Positions 1 to 14,364 of a DNA stretch of 64,000 nt are shown here, piece after piece; within the stretch, counting starts at the first letter, position 1, and each line of letters begins with the position of its first letter. A model generated the notes under the pieces. It searched no databases, was not told the DNA's origin, and was given only the letters and a program-made list of their open reading frames with translations. The stretch is from Octopus vulgaris (Eukaryota), in assembly GCA_951406725.2 (NCBI GenBank), contig OX597818.1:107012001-107076000 (forward strand), read 5' to 3'. Made by a program: the position numbers and the translations under genes.

Positions 1-995
1 ATTATTCAAAGCTTACATTCTTCTTTGTTTTCTCACAATCCTCTTTGAAAGCTACCACAGTTCTACTGATAACATGAGCCAACAATGCAGTCTCTATGTG
101 GTTATTTGTTCTGCTAGATATAACAGGCAAATTACCCTCAAATCAAATGTTACTAACATAAAAATGAATGACATGGGCAAAGTAGTCGCAGATAAAGAAA
201 ACTACAAGATGGCCCTGATCGTTAGTCTGTTCAATCATTTCTTCTCATTTAAACGTAAACGACAACATAAGAAAGATGAATTGTTAACAATATCATTAGC
301 TTTTATTGTTTCCATTTCTTGGGATTATTTTTTTATTCTTTCAGTCATTTCAACCATTTCATTCTTTCTGTTTCCTATTTTCTTTCTGCTTTCTCAATTC
401 CATCTTCTGCCATATCTTCAGCTATTGATATAACATTTAGCTTCTGGTTGTGGTCAGCTTTTCAATGTTGACAACTGTTGACATTTATTTTCTTGGCTTT
501 AGGTGGCTGCCAGCTTCTTAACATCACATTTGCTTCTTCCAACCACCAAACTTTCTCTCTGTTATGATGATTTATGCAAAAACTTTTGTTATAGAATTTT
601 TCAAAAATAAAGTGATTATTGTTATTACATGCGCACGTGCACACACACACACACACAATGGAAAATAGAAGTTGAAAATGCACTGAGAATAGTTAAAATA
701 TTTTATTGTTGTTGTTGTGGTTGAATCTGAACACCCCTGTGAATGGATGGTTCTAAGTTGTATAAGTATGCATGCATGCTGGAGATACATAAAAACAGTG
801 TGGTATGTACAGACGCCTGTAAAACAGTGGCAGAAATCATTTTGGAAGAGATATTGGAATTACGTGTTTGTGAATTGATAGTTGTTAAATGATTCTATCA
901 GAAGTCCACATCACAGTAAAACACCATAACAATAACGACAAGAATTCGAACTACACACAGGGGAAAATGTCAAAACCCCTCTCAATTTGTAAAAG

Positions 996-1400
996 TGGTG
1001 ACAAGGATTCTAATTTTACGCACTTCATAATAGTGAGACATTCAAAGTTCTTAGCATGGAAGAATTGGTAGCCTTCATGATACAGCAACAAGAACAATGG
1101 AAACAACAACAACAACAACAGCAAATTCAGCAGTTGTTAGAATTATTGCTGAGGTCAAAGAATATGTCAGGTTCGTTTTTAGTGGATGGAGGAGCTAATT
1201 CAATTGAGGAATTTGTCTATAATCCTGAAGAAGGGATTACGTTTTTGGCATACTATGGAAGGTATGAGGAAATATTTGAGGAAGAATGTAAAAGTTGGAC
1301 AAATGAAAAGAAGGCAACTCTTCTTTTACAAAAATTAGCACTGACAGAACACGAAAAAATACTGCAATTTCATCTTGCCAAGGAAACCACAAGAAATCTG
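996..1400 (+). mobile_element. Ty3/Gypsy LTR-retrotransposon gag relic with PBS-like site
   Basis: ORF 1056: ...IEEFVYNPEEGITFLAYYGRYEEIFEEECKSWTNEKKATLLLQKL..EHEK, then after a frameshift KYCNFILPRKPQEI, resembling invertebrate K02A2.6-like Gypsy gag. TGGTGACAAGGA (996-1007) resembles a CpG-decayed TGGCGACGAGGA primer-binding site. Cut off at ~1400 by a SINE 3' fragment. Confidence 0.7.
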
Positions 1401-1496
1401 AGAACCACATTAAAGGTACGCATGTCTGTGGAGTACTCAACCACTTGCACGCTAATTTCACAAGCTGGAACAATCATTGTCATAACAGATGGAGTG

Positions 1497-1535
<39 letters not shown>

Positions 1536-1544
1536 TGTGTATGT

Positions 1545-1975
1545 GTGCTTGGGAAGACCCGTCAGGCCAATTGCAATTGTAGTTGTGGCTGATGCGAGTC
1601 TTGCATATCTGGCGCTCATGCTGGAGGTATGTAAAAGGCACCTTTTGAACTTTGGGCCTCATGGAAGCGGTGACAAGTGATCGAGACTTTTGACAATATA
1701 CTGTGCTTCAGAAGACCTGTCAAGCCAAGTGAGATCTTAGTTGTGGTCAATACCAGTGTTTCATAAATGGTCCCCATACCAGCGGCATTTAAAAAGCACT
1801 CACTACAGACTTGGAGTGGTTGGCATTAGGAAGGGTATCCAGCCATAGAAAACCATGCCAAATCAGATTGGAACCTGGTGCAGCTCCCCAGCTTACCAGT
1901 TTTCAGTCAAACTGTCCAACCCATGCCAGCATGGAAAGCAGATGCTAAATGATAAGGATGATGATGATGATGATG

Positions 1976-1977
<2 letters not shown>
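1545..1977 (+). mobile_element. RTE-type LINE 3' end, (GAT)n tail
   Basis: GTGGTTGGCATTAGGAAGGG...CCAACCCATGCCAGCATGGAAA...(GAT)n; (TA)n on both sides. Confidence 0.75.
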
Positions 1978-2006
<29 letters not shown>

Positions 2007-2868
2007 TAAGTATCATCATTATGATCACTATCATGAAACATCCATTCTACATTCTCGTATGAGCTGGATGGCTCGACAGGATCAGACAAGTCAGAAGACT
2101 ACATCATGTAACAGAATATGTTTTGGCTTCTATAACTGGATGCCTTTCCAGATACTATGTGGTACATAACTATGAAGTGTGACTTGCAAGATAAAAATTC
2201 ACTTAAAGATCGAATTGTGTCTCTGATTAAAAAGCTTGATTTACTCTGCAAACCATATTCTATGAAGTTGTCAGAAATTGGTATTAAAAAACCCGATAGC
2301 AAATTTATTTTATCCAAGGAAAGATCTATTACTTACCTGCTTAGAACTAAGGCACACATCTGTGACTTAATCATAGCAGCAAAGGTTAGGATTTCTCTTT
2401 AGGGGTAGAAAAGACTTCAGCCATAAATTTGTAACATATCTCTGTAGGACTCGACAGTATTGCACACATATTGTAGATGCTACTTAAAACAACATTAAAA
2501 TTTCATCCCTCTGCTCCGCACCTCCACTCCATCTTCTATGGTTCATAAAAATGTCAGCTTCAACATCTTTGATCGTTCCTGGTGTTTTAGTGAGTCAGTC
2601 ACTTAGGAATTAATCATTGGCCAAAACAAAATGTCGTTTAATAAAATCATATACACCAAACTGTGTAGAGAGTATAGAAGATGCTTTTAATATATTTGTT
2701 GCATCATCTTCAAAGATGGATACGCTTCAATGAAAGCCGTCTTTGACTTCGTTTTCATGTTCTCAGTAGTAAAGCTGCAGTCAGATGTTATTGTCTCATT
2801 TTTCGTTTAGAGTGGTCATTATTTTGCCAACATGATGTTGATTTAATTGTAGGATAAATGTTTGCCAG

Positions 2869-2935
<67 letters not shown>

Positions 2936-3044
2936 GTCTGTATATCTATCTATCTATCTGTCTATCTGTCTCTCTATCTAATTATCTATCTATCTGTCTG
3001 TCTATCTACATCTATCTATCTATCCATCTATCTAGCTATCTGCC

Positions 3045-3081
<37 letters not shown>

Positions 3082-3129
3082 GCCTGCCTGCTTGCCTGTA
3101 TGTCTGTCTGTCTGTCTGTCTATCTATCC

Positions 3130-3187
<58 letters not shown>

Positions 3188-3260
3188 ATATCTATCTATC
3201 TATCTATCTACTTGTCTGTCTGTCTATCTACCTACCTATCTGTCTGGCTTCCTGTCTCTG
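2869..3260. repeat. compound (TCTA)n/(TCTG)n microsatellite
   Basis: Direct reading; source of the SIYL pseudo-ORFs. Confidence 0.95.
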
Positions 3261-3344
3261 TATATTTGTCTGTATACATATATTCATGCATATAACATAC
3301 ATAAGCGTATATGCATATATGTGTACATACATAAGTGTGTGTGT

Positions 3345-3382
<38 letters not shown>

Positions 3383-4257
3383 ATGTATTACAACCATCAT
3401 TCCCTGACAAGAATGACTTGTAGCAGTTACTCTAAATTCGCTCTTTGCTGAAAGTGCCAATGTAGTTGTGTGCCAACACAGACAACCTCCCAACTTCTTC
3501 AGGATATGGTGTCTGGAGAAAGTGAAGGCTGCACCAAAACTAGAATGGTTAGGAGCAAATTAAAATGAAGTGCATTGCTCAAGGGCACAATGTATTGCTT
3601 GGTGCAGCAATTGAACTCAGAAATTAATGATTATGAGTCCAACTTCAAAATTTGGGATAGTTAATTTCATTTCAGAGATGCATCATAACATAAAAAACTG
3701 CAAAAAACAAACAAACAAACAAACAAAGACTAAATGACTAAAAGATAACTGACTTCTTTTACTTAATATATAAAACAGGCAACACCACTTTAAACAATAT
3801 GTATACACACTCACACATGCATACGCACACATATGCATACATATATATGTATGCATTATGCATATATATATGCGTGTGTGTATGTGTGTGTTTGTAATTA
3901 TGTGTATACATATATGTGTTTACATTTTTAGTTAACTCACACTAAGGTTTTGCAATGTTTAAATTTCATTTCCTTTGATTTATGCTGTTTTGTGCATCAA
4001 ATGGATGTTGTTTAATGATAATTTTATAATCTATATTCAATTTAAATTTCATAATCTAATTTTAAAGAACCATACTTATCCCCCTAAAATAACATCATCA
4101 TTAATTATGTTAATAATATTACAAAATACAGCCCTCTGTATTATTTGCCATGCAGGCTGAGGTAAACAATATTATGTACCTTATTTCAATCACTGAATCA
4201 CTACTCTGCTACCTCTCCCAGGTTCCACGGCCAGTGTTTTTGGTATATGTCAAAGAT

Positions 4258-4661
4258 AGACAGTGGCTGTGTGGTAAGAAGCTTGCCCCAACCACATGGT
4301 TCTGGGTTCAGGCCCATTGCATGGCACCTTGGGCAAGTGTCTTCTACTATAGCCTCGGGCCAACCAAAGCCTTGTGAGTGAATTTGGTGGATGGAAACTG
4401 AAAGTAGCCAGTCGAATATATAAATATGTGTGTATGTGTGTGTCTGTATGTATTTGTGTGTCTGTGTTTGTCCCCCACCATCGCATGACAACCGATGTTG
4501 GTGTGTTTACGCACCCATAACTTAGCAGTTTGATAAAAGAGACTGATAGAATAAGTACTAACTTACAAAAAATAAGTCCTGGGATCGATTTGTTTGACTA
4601 AAGGTGGTGCTCCGGCATGGCCGCAGTCAAATAACTGAAACAAGTAAAAGAATAAAAGAGT
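4258..4661 (+). mobile_element. tRNA-derived SINE, family A
   Basis: Head TGGCTGTGTGGTAAG...GGTTCAGGCCC (A/B-box-like), internal (TG)n, tail ACTGAAACAAGTAAAAGA; matches 20256-20671. Confidence 0.85.
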
Positions 4662-6716
4662 GACGGCCTTGCCCAGCATAATTCTAGGCTGCCGTTTGGC
4701 AAGGCATAGCACCCATTTAGCCACCCTGCCAGGGATATGGTGAAAGTTATGGGACTACTGCATGGCAGATTGTGAAGTAAAGAGGCAGTGGAAGAATTCA
4801 GCTGCAGCAACAGTTCTTCTTTGATTGATACCAAGTGGAGGATTCCTAGAAAATCAGCAACCAGGATTACCAAGAGATTAACTGCAATGCATCCATAAGG
4901 GTGGCATCCACGGTTATGTAAATCAACAAATGAAAGATTCTTCATGACTTGAGCTCCCAATTCAAATATGAAGGATGGAATTGGGTGGTGACACAGAGTT
5001 ACAGGAATCTGTGTAAACAGCATGACTGGATGTTGGAAAAAAATTATTCAATCATACAGTTTTGGGAATTCCTCATATGATGAAGAATATATTAACCTTA
5101 TGCTGGATGTTTTGCACATTGTCAGTTTTAGATGGAATAAGCTGGACAAGGATTCTGTACATAGCTCTGATACAGATGCCATAATCAGAATTAGATTTTG
5201 GTTCAAGTAGCAACATGATAATCAGTGAATGGCTCAGAATTGCTCAGGTACCTTAGGAAGAGTTTACCTTTCTGCCACTGCCATATCAACTATTCCTTAT
5301 CTCCGTCTTTGTCATAAATATTTCCAGTGTCACTGTAAAAGCCACATATTTTGGTCATGAACACAGTCCAGTGCAGTCGAAAGAATATGTATTTCTGACA
5401 TCATGGTTGAATAGACATTTCTTTGACAATTTGGCTACAGATGTAGATATACTCATTATCATTATTTTATAATATGCCTATTGTCCAACCGAAACCAGTA
5501 TGGAAATGACGACGATGACGATGATGATGATGTTAATTGTACATGAATTTAAATATAAACACAAAACATGTCCAGTTCTCAATGTTGCTTCTATTGTGTT
5601 CAAGTGCTGTGTTAAATGTGTTCACAGATCAGTGCTTACTGTGTTCTCTGTACTTCTTTATGTGTTCACAGTTCAGCGTTAACTGTGTTCTCCTAGCTGT
5701 GTTCACTCTGCTCTCAGTGCTGTATTGGTCGTGTTTTCAGTCTTGTTTTTGTTATCTTTGATTCGTCTGAGTTTCTATTGTTGTCGAGAGATAAATATGA
5801 TTAACTATCGCAAGAATACTGGCACAAGTTGGCCTATTAATTCTGAATTCTGTGAAGTTATCTCAAGTTGTTTGAAAAGAAAAGAGAATTTGTTTTGGAA
5901 ATATCTGTAATAATGAATTCTTAGATTGGCTGAAGGCCATGAATTTGTATGGGTAGGTTGGAGTATTTATCTTATTGACCTGGGAAAAATAAAAGTTCAA
6001 CTTGACCTCGGCACGGTTTGAACTCAGATCATAAAGAGATGAAACTATAAATATTATAACATAATTAACCTTGCCCTCTAATACTCTTCTGCATTGTTAA
6101 TCTTTATCATTACACACCACATCTGCATGCACAAATATACACACCTACATTTATTTCTGGTTCCAACCAGGTCAATCCACCCAGTTGGGGTGAGAGAGAG
6201 AGAGAGAGAGCAGACAAACAGACACACACACACTCACACACACAAACACATGCATATAGACACACACACACATGCACACAAACACATGCATATATGCATA
6301 CGCACACACACACACGCATACATACAAGTTACTTTTGTTGAATTTTTCTATCTCATTATTGAAATGTAGAAATATGCTGTTGCCAATGCCTGAGCAGGAT
6401 ATGTAAACTTGAAACTATCTTGGAAACAGCTAAATCCATCCATGGAATTTACCCATGGAACGATATAACCAGTACAAGTCGTACAATGACCATCATGTTA
6501 TGCAGTATTCTTCCTGGTTGCCTACATTAGGAAATTATAAAACCTCATAGCTTTCTCCCCATAGAAACAGAAGTGTCATTTCCTTTTGACCATTCCAGAC
6601 CATGATGTGGTCAGTACTAAATGTTTGTTATGTTCTTCCTGTTGTTGATGCTGATCTTAGACATTTTCTTGCTGTTTCATCATATTATCTAGATCAGGTT
6701 TTCTAGGCTATTGTTG

Positions 6717-6739
6717 CCTAACCCTAACCCTAACCCTAA
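6717..6739 (-). repeat. short interstitial (TTAGGG)n tract
   Basis: CCTAACCCTAACCCTAACCCTAA, about 4 units. Confidence 0.7.
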
Positions 6740-7648
6740 TCTCATAGGCCTATCCTCAAAAGCTTCCTTACTGGAACTAATCCTGTCTTATTTCTTGGCA
6801 TGATGCTTCTAGAAGTTATGAGCACAAGCATAGCTTAGTGGTTTAGAGGATAACTTTACAGTCAAGAAATCCTAAGACCAATTTCAATGCATGGCATGTT
6901 GGGCAAGTGAAATTTCACCAAAGTCAGGGTTAATCTAAGGCATGAGAATAAAATTTAGTTGTAGAAGAAAACTGTATGAAAGCCCTTTGAATGGATTGAA
7001 TTATAATTGACAGGCTCAGCTGTAACACACGGGTGTGTCATACTGATGCTACATGAAACGTTTAGCCTTTAAACCAGTCCTATCCAGGTCAAATATTCTG
7101 TTTTGATCAATGTGTTGGTGCATCTAATGCAACATAGCTGGAGTTTAGAGAGACAACAGAGTAAAACAGTAGAATCGGTTAGGAAGAAGATGAACGGAAA
7201 TAAAATGAAGCAGGTTAAGATACAATAAAGTGAGGAAATGAAATGAAATAAGATAATGTGAAACCATACAGAATGCAATAAAGGTAGCAAAGACACGAAG
7301 AGACCAGGTTCAGCACTCTCACACCTACCCCACAATGTCCTTCAAAAAGAAACAGTTACATCCTTGAAATCTTGAAGCTAAGTCAATGTGGGAAAATAAG
7401 GGGTTAGGACATACCTGTCTGTAGAATGCTGAGATGTTTTCGCTCCTAAGTAAATCTGCCAATTTAATAACTGAATTCTCACCACTGAAATTGATAGAAA
7501 ATCGATTTATTGAATTGAAATCACAAGCAGCAATGTATTCTCCATTAGTTTCAGATGGTAGGGTGTATTAAGGTGGAGATTTAGGTCCTATTTTGAGCAG
7601 GGCAACCCCACCTGCATAGATTCTTCTGCATTTTTATTTTTACTAGTG

Positions 7649-7680
<32 letters not shown>

Positions 7681-7860
7681 GATGTTTAAAAGAAGAGACA
7701 CTGTATTTGGTTAGTGAGTTAATAGTTGTTACTTAGATAAAAAGCTTTGTTGTTGTTGTTGTTGTTGTTATTGCGATATCCAACACTTGACTGGTTTTTA
7801 CTACTTTGTGCTTAATTTGCTGGCTCCTTTGATGATGACTCCTTCATGAGTTTATAATAT

Positions 7861-8102
7861 CACCACCACCACCACCACCACCACCACCACCACCACCATC
7901 ATCATCATCATCGCCATCATCATCACCATCATCATTGCCATCACCACCACCACCATTATTGCCACCACTGATGCTGCCTCTGCTGCCGCCACCATCATCA
8001 TCCTCATCGTCGTTGTTGTCGTCATCTTCATCACCACCACCACTACCACTACCACCCTCATTGTCATCATGATCATTGCCATCATCATCACCATCCCCAC
8101 CA
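7861..8102. repeat. (CAC)n/(CAT)n low-complexity tract
   Basis: Direct reading. Confidence 0.9.
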
Positions 8103-8315
8103 CTCCAAAATTATGATGTGTATAATGATTCATCCAGTTCTGAAAATAGAATGTGTGTGTGCATGCGCGCACGTGTGTGTGTGTATGTGAGCGTGCATGT
8201 GCATGTGTGTATTTCTTGCATTCTGATAATGTTCGATGATAGTGGTGTTGTTCATTAATACATGCATTCAAATGCATAGACCTCATGCATACACACACAT
8301 GCATGAATATATGCA

Positions 8316-8375
<60 letters not shown>

Positions 8376-8412
8376 TATACATACATACATACATACATAC
8401 ATACACACATAC

Positions 8413-8443
<31 letters not shown>

Positions 8444-8685
8444 AAGGAGATGGTGACAGGCAAAACACCGAACCCATCAGGAAGCACAAATACTTAAAAT
8501 ATGTGTTAGAGTAGGATCTGGCCTGATCATACATATAATTGATCATATTGTCCATGAGGGAGTCATAGCCAACGATTGGTGTAGAAGCATTATAGTCAAC
8601 TGCTACAAAAGCAGAGGTGATGCCTTGGACAGCAATAATTACAGAGGCATCAAATTGCTGGACCAGGTGATGAAGGTGACAGACA

Positions 8686-8766
8686 GTCATAGCTTAATTA
8701 ATTAGGAAGAGAATTAGCATAGATGAGATGTAGTTTGGATTTGTGCCGGGTAGGAGCATGACTAAT
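8686..8766 (+). mobile_element. RTE-clade reverse transcriptase fragment
   Basis: Translates VIA*LIRKRISIDEM*FGFVPGRSMTN, matching the RT motif QFGFxPGRSTxDA. Confidence 0.7.
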
Positions 8767-9095
8767 TTGGCATGGCTTCTACACTTCGATGCCCTTCCTA
8801 ATACCAACAATTATGAGAATGGGTGCTTTTATGTGCCACCAGCATGGGTGCCATTTCAATGACACCGGTATCTGCCATGACTGCAATTTCTTTTTGCTTG
8901 ATGGATCTTCTTCTCAAACACAACAGAATGCCAAAGGCCTCAGTCATTTGTCATTAACCGTGAAGCCCAACACTCGAACAGTGCTTTTCACGTGCCAGCA
9001 GGATCGGCCACTTTGCCTCCATGAGGCCCAACACTTGAAAGGCAATTTTTACGTGTCCCCAGTGCCAGTTACCTGACACCAGCATCAGCCACGAC
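8767..9095 (-). mobile_element. RTE-type 3' UTR fragment in opposite orientation
   Basis: Reverse complement reads GTTGGTATTAGGAAGGGCATC... and contains CACGTAAAA/CACGTGAAAAGCAC modules. Confidence 0.65.
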
Positions 9096-10547
9096 TTGTG
9101 TCTGTATGTACATGAAACTTCCTTTGCAACCATGACAGTTTGGTTTGATGGAAACTGTGTGGAAGTCCATCATACACACACACGTACACACACACACACT
9201 TACACATATTCATTAGTGCATATGTGTATATTTGCGTTTGTCCTTAACCTCTGCTGGACAACTGGTGTTGATTTGATATTATTTCAGCTCAATACTTTTA
9301 TCTGAATTTAGCCAACCCCTTGCTATTTCAATTTTGAGTTGTTATATGCAGGTTGTTTCAACCCTGTTTAGAGATCTTTAAAAATCAGTATCGGTTAGAA
9401 TCTGTGAACAAACATCCTGTCAGTTCGGTTGTTGGGAATTAATTTGGGCAATTTGCATCCATTGTTTTGTTGCAGACAAGTCTCAAGGAAACAGAATGTG
9501 ACAAAGTTTGACCCCAAAAACCTTCCACGAGAGTCCAGTTGATGTGCAATAAGATATCAAAATTTGATTTATAGTTGTTATAGTTTTGTTCTGGTGTCTG
9601 TTTTTGCTGTTGAATGACTGCAGCATTGCCATATATCTTTGGGGCCAGTTGTCATGTTACATGAGAGTAGTTCTTCTATGTAAATCTAACGTTACTTCTG
9701 TTAAATGAGCAAAATCATTTGTGTACTTTGCCTTTGTCTGTTTTGAGCTGGGCATTTCCAGTCATTTCCTCACCTCACTAAATTTCTGAGCCAGTCCTAT
9801 TAATGTATCAGGTCCTTAGAATAATATCCAGGCTCAATATTAGATGTCCTGATCAAGGGGACATAATTCCTTCATTAAATTGTTTCTATGTTAATGGCAG
9901 AAACATCACTGAATAAATGTGATGCAGACCATTAGATGCTTAATGTGAATGTATTATAAAAACATATACGAATGATTTAAAATGAAAAGATATATTAATT
10001 TTTCTTTCTATTCTGTGTTAAGACTCACAGCTCAGGCATTTCCTTAGTAGTTACTTTCTTCTTGTCAATAATGGCACATTGATCTCAATTAACATGAATT
10101 TTACATATCGGCCCATGGGATTAAGTAATTACATTATATAAATTAGGGAAACTGTTGCACTACAGCTTACACCTAAACAGTAATCGTGACATATGTGCTA
10201 CTGAAATATTAACCGGTAATTCTAGAAGACTCACCACCTTCGCAAATCTAATTTTGAATTACATTCAAACAATCTCAACTAAGCTTGTATCGTTGTTGTC
10301 TCTCCCTCTTTGTCTCCTCTCCTTGACATTTCATTGCAATGATGGATGCTTGTGTTAAGCTGTAAATTCTCTATGAACTGAATCTGTACTCTGCTTTTGA
10401 TTCCCTTGTTGGAATCTTTTCCATTTTTTTTGCTAGCATTCTTTGGAAAAGAGAAAAAATGTTTATAAATTCCATTGATACGTACACACATCTTTTGGAA
10501 ACAAACATATGACACTGCATTCTCCCAACTCATGAAGAAGACACAAC

Positions 10548-11270
10548 TTGCAATCTCCAGCATCACCTCTTTTGGCAACCAAAGTTCTCTCTCCATGTGA
10601 AAGGAAGATTGTATGATGCATGTATATGAACAGAAATGCTACATGATAGGGAGATGTGGACCCTGAAAGCAGAAGACATGTGAAGGCTAGAGAGAAATGA
10701 AGCTAGCATACTGGATGGGCAATGTTAGTGTCCATGTTTGACAGATTGCTAATGTATTGGGGGGAAAAGTTGGGCTTAAGAGAAATTAGATGCAGTGTGC
10801 AAGAGAGAAAACTGGGCTGGTTTGATCAAATGATATGTATGGATGTAGAGAGCTGGATACAGAAGTGCTGATCACTTAAAGTGGATGGAAGTTGGGGAAG
10901 AGGAGGATCCAGGAAAACACGAGACAAAGTACTGAAGGCCGATCTCAAGACACTGAGCTTTATAAAGGAAATGATTGAGTACAAAGATATATGACACATT
11001 GCTGTACTCAAGAAGGGCCATCCTCCACTGCAGAATTGATGCTGGTGCTGATGTCACATAGAAAGCACTGCTGCTGGTGAGGCCACATAACATGCAGTAT
11101 ACTCTGGGAAATGGCTGGCATTAGGAAGGGCATCAAGCCATGGAAACAATGCCAGAATTGATAATGGGGCTTGGTGTGGCCCCTGACCTCACCAGCACCG
11201 GTCAAACTGTACAACCCATGCCAGCATGGAAAAACGGACGTTAACTGATGATGATGATGATGATGATGAT
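10548..11270 (+). mobile_element. 5'-truncated RTE-clade LINE (ORF C-terminus, 3' UTR and tail), decayed
   Basis: Degenerate translation LLATKVLSLHVKGRLYDAC...EMWTLKAEDM*RLERNEAS...GRGGSRKT, running into the family 3' UTR and (GAT)n tail. Confidence 0.8.
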
Positions 11271-13159
11271 AATTCACATATGCACCATCGCACAAATACA
11301 TTATGTTTTCTCCATCTTTTGCAGACAATTTCTCCTAAAACATAACACACTCTCAATATAATCATATATTTCCTCCTCCATTTTCTCATATCTTCTTCCT
11401 TTTCCTTCCCCTCTTTCTTTTAACCTCACTTCCTCCCATACTTCACATCCTTCATTTCTTTCTTTACTTTTCTTTCTACTTCTTTGTCCTTATTTCCTTC
11501 TTCTTTTCCCTTTTCTACTTTCACTTTCACTCTCCACTTCTCTCTCTTCATCTTTTCTCCATTCTCATTATTCTTTATGTTCCAGCCAAAATGCTATGAA
11601 CTGGTATTTACCCAGCATTTTGTGTGAAATATACTTTACAAAATATTTACTCAAATATGTTTACCAAAAGCAAATAGAAATATGAAATATGAGGAATAAT
11701 TTTGAAAAGTTTCTAAATTGATTTGTCAAACTCAACCAACAAGTATTTCTCTCCCTGATGGTTACATAGCAGCGCTATCCTTTGAAAAGATCTGCTGAAT
11801 GAACAAACATTAGTTATCACATAATAATTTTAAGCATTACCAAATCATTTAGCAAGTGTTGGTCATCTCAATCACAGCTTCAAACTCTATTTTTGCAACA
11901 TCCAAGAAATACAACCACTTCTTCCATCAAAAGACAAACATATTAGTTTGGATCTCAAATGTGATAAATGCTATGATCAGTAATGGAGAACACTGTGCAA
12001 ACCTTTGCAACCAGATACTTATTTTCTTCTGCTATTTATGCTAACTGAAATTTATCCAATCAAAATGTATTTTTCTCCAATGCATGTCTTAGCAATTTTT
12101 TATTGACTCTCAAACAGATGTTTTCTGTTTTCTCTATTTTTGTTTTTATGTTTGATTTTTTTTTTAAGGAATTATTTTAGCTTCATCTTAACAGCTTTAA
12201 TATAACTCATTTTTATTCCATCTTCGCCCATTTAGTTCTGTTCTCGATACCATTCTTCTGTTACTTTGTCACTGTTAACTGAAAGCTTTTGAGGAAACAG
12301 TGGTGATGGCAGGACAATTATATGACAGATTCCTTGAAGAAAAGAATTCTTGTTCAGTCACTAGTGACTTTAAAATAGTCGTCTACATTTGTTTTTTGCA
12401 ACAACAAGTACATAACAAAGATGTGATAACCATAACCATAACACCAATATGATACGAAATCAGGATTCACTGTACTTTATATAATAAATTGTAATTGATA
12501 TTCCACCATTTTTCTGATTATTATACCTGTCACACCACTAATCCAGGTAGTTCCATGGATATCTAAGACTTTATATAAGTCCTTATTTTACAACAGCAAA
12601 TAATAAAGTTGTAACAAGCAATATAGTTTAGTCAGGAGGAACTATCAGCACCTGATGACCTTTGCAGATCCTCTTACGTTGTCAAGTCGGATGGCATCTG
12701 ATCTTGACACAGCATCTCAGCCAGTTCATGCGTCTTCTTTAAAAAATAAGATACCTTGTGCTTTTCTGTTTTTTAAATATATACGTCATAAGATGGCAAA
12801 CTGTTGGTTCTTCTGAGCTGCTGCCAAAATTTTGATCAGCTGCATCACTAATGTCTGTTTGTTAAGCACAGCTGAGTAAGACTTTACAAAGCCATTTCTA
12901 GCAGAACCAACAACAACAACACCACCACCACCACCAGCGGTCATAGTCATAGCTGCTAAACAGTCACATCATCTCCTAGACATATCAGTTAAATCTCCCC
13001 AGAAAACAGGTACTTCTAGAAATAATATTCTGGAAAAAATATTCTTAGTCAGAATGTCTGCTGGAACGGAGCAGACAGTGCTTAAACAACAACAACAATA
13101 AGTGAGAGCAACTTTTCTCGCTTATGTCTTTTTTGTTTCCTAATATTTCTCTCACTTTC

Positions 13160-13740
13160 AGGCAGAGTGCTAGCAGAAACATTAGTACATCGGGCAAAAT
13201 GCTTAGCAGTATTTCATCTGTCTCTATGTTCTGAGTTCAAATTCCGCCGAGGTTGACTTTGCCTTTTTTCTGTTCGAGGTCGATAAATTAAGCACCAGTT
13301 GTGTACTGGGGTTGATCTAATTGACTGGCCCCCACCTCCCCCAAAATTTCAGGCCTTGTGCCTAGAGTAGAATAGAATAATGGTAAGTACGAAGGCGGTG
13401 AGCTGGCAGAAATGTTAGCATGCCGGGCGAAATGCTCAGCGGTATTTCGTCTGCGTTACGTTGTGAGTTCAAATTCCGCTGAGGTCGACTTTGCCTTCCA
13501 TCCTTTCGGGGTCGATAAATTAAGTACCAGTTACGCACTGGGGTCGATGTAATCGACTTAATCCGTTTGTCTGCCCTTGTTTGTCTCCTCTGTGTTTAGC
13601 CCCTTGTGGGTAGTAAAGAAATAGGTATTTTGTCTGTCTTTATGTTCTGAGTTCAAATTCCGCCGAGGTTGACTTTGCCTTTCATCATTTTGGAGTCGGT
13701 AAATTGAGTACCAGTTGCATACTGGGGTTGATCTATTGAA
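13160..13740 (+). mobile_element. tandem family B SINEs (monomer plus dimeric copy)
   Basis: Head GGCGGTGAGCTGGCAGAA; body GAGTTCAAATTCCGCCGAGGTCGACTTTGCC present three times. Confidence 0.85.
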
Positions 13741-13958
13741 AAACCAATCAAGAGGCCAGCAGTTCACATGCTAATGCTAATAAAATGTTGTGTCCAAAGC
13801 TAAGGGACTTAATTTTCTGCTGGTTCAGTCCATTTGGAGAAAATAAGTGTCACAAGGTGTTTTTACCTTGTGACACTGTAAGCAGCTGAAAGACTGCAAA
13901 ATTGACAAGGGATTCAATTAACTTGCAAGGTTGAGTACACATTATCTTGGAGATTTTA

Positions 13959-14357
13959 GGCAGTGAGCTGGTAGAATTGTTAGCACGCCGGCGAAATGCA
14001 TAGCGGTATTTCGTCTGCCGCTACGTTCTGAGTTCAAATTCCGCCAAGGTCGACTTTGCTTTTCATCCTTTTGGGGTCGATTAAATAAGTACCAGTTATG
14101 CACTGGGGTCGATATAATCGACTTAATCTGTTTGTCTGTCCTTGTTTGTCCTCTCTGTGTTTATCTCCTTGTGGGTAGTAAAGAAATAGGTATTTCATCT
14201 GTCTTTATGTTCTGAGTTCAAATGCTGCTGAGGTCGACTTTGCCTTTCATCTTTCTGGGGTCAATAAATTAAGTACCGGTTGCATTCTGAGGTTGATCTA
14301 ATCGACTGATCCCCTCCCCAAAAATTTCGGGCTATGTGCCTAGAGTAGAAAAGATTA
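13959..14357 (+). mobile_element. dimeric family B SINE
   Basis: Same architecture as 13394-13740, including the AAAGAAATAGGTATTT junction. Confidence 0.85.
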
Positions 14358-14364
14358 TCTTGCA

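Noticed and set aside
12230-13110. Unique region with a short ORF MAGQLYDRFLEEK...
   Set aside because: No convincing splice pair or known homology; may be UTR or regulatory but cannot be supported from sequence alone.
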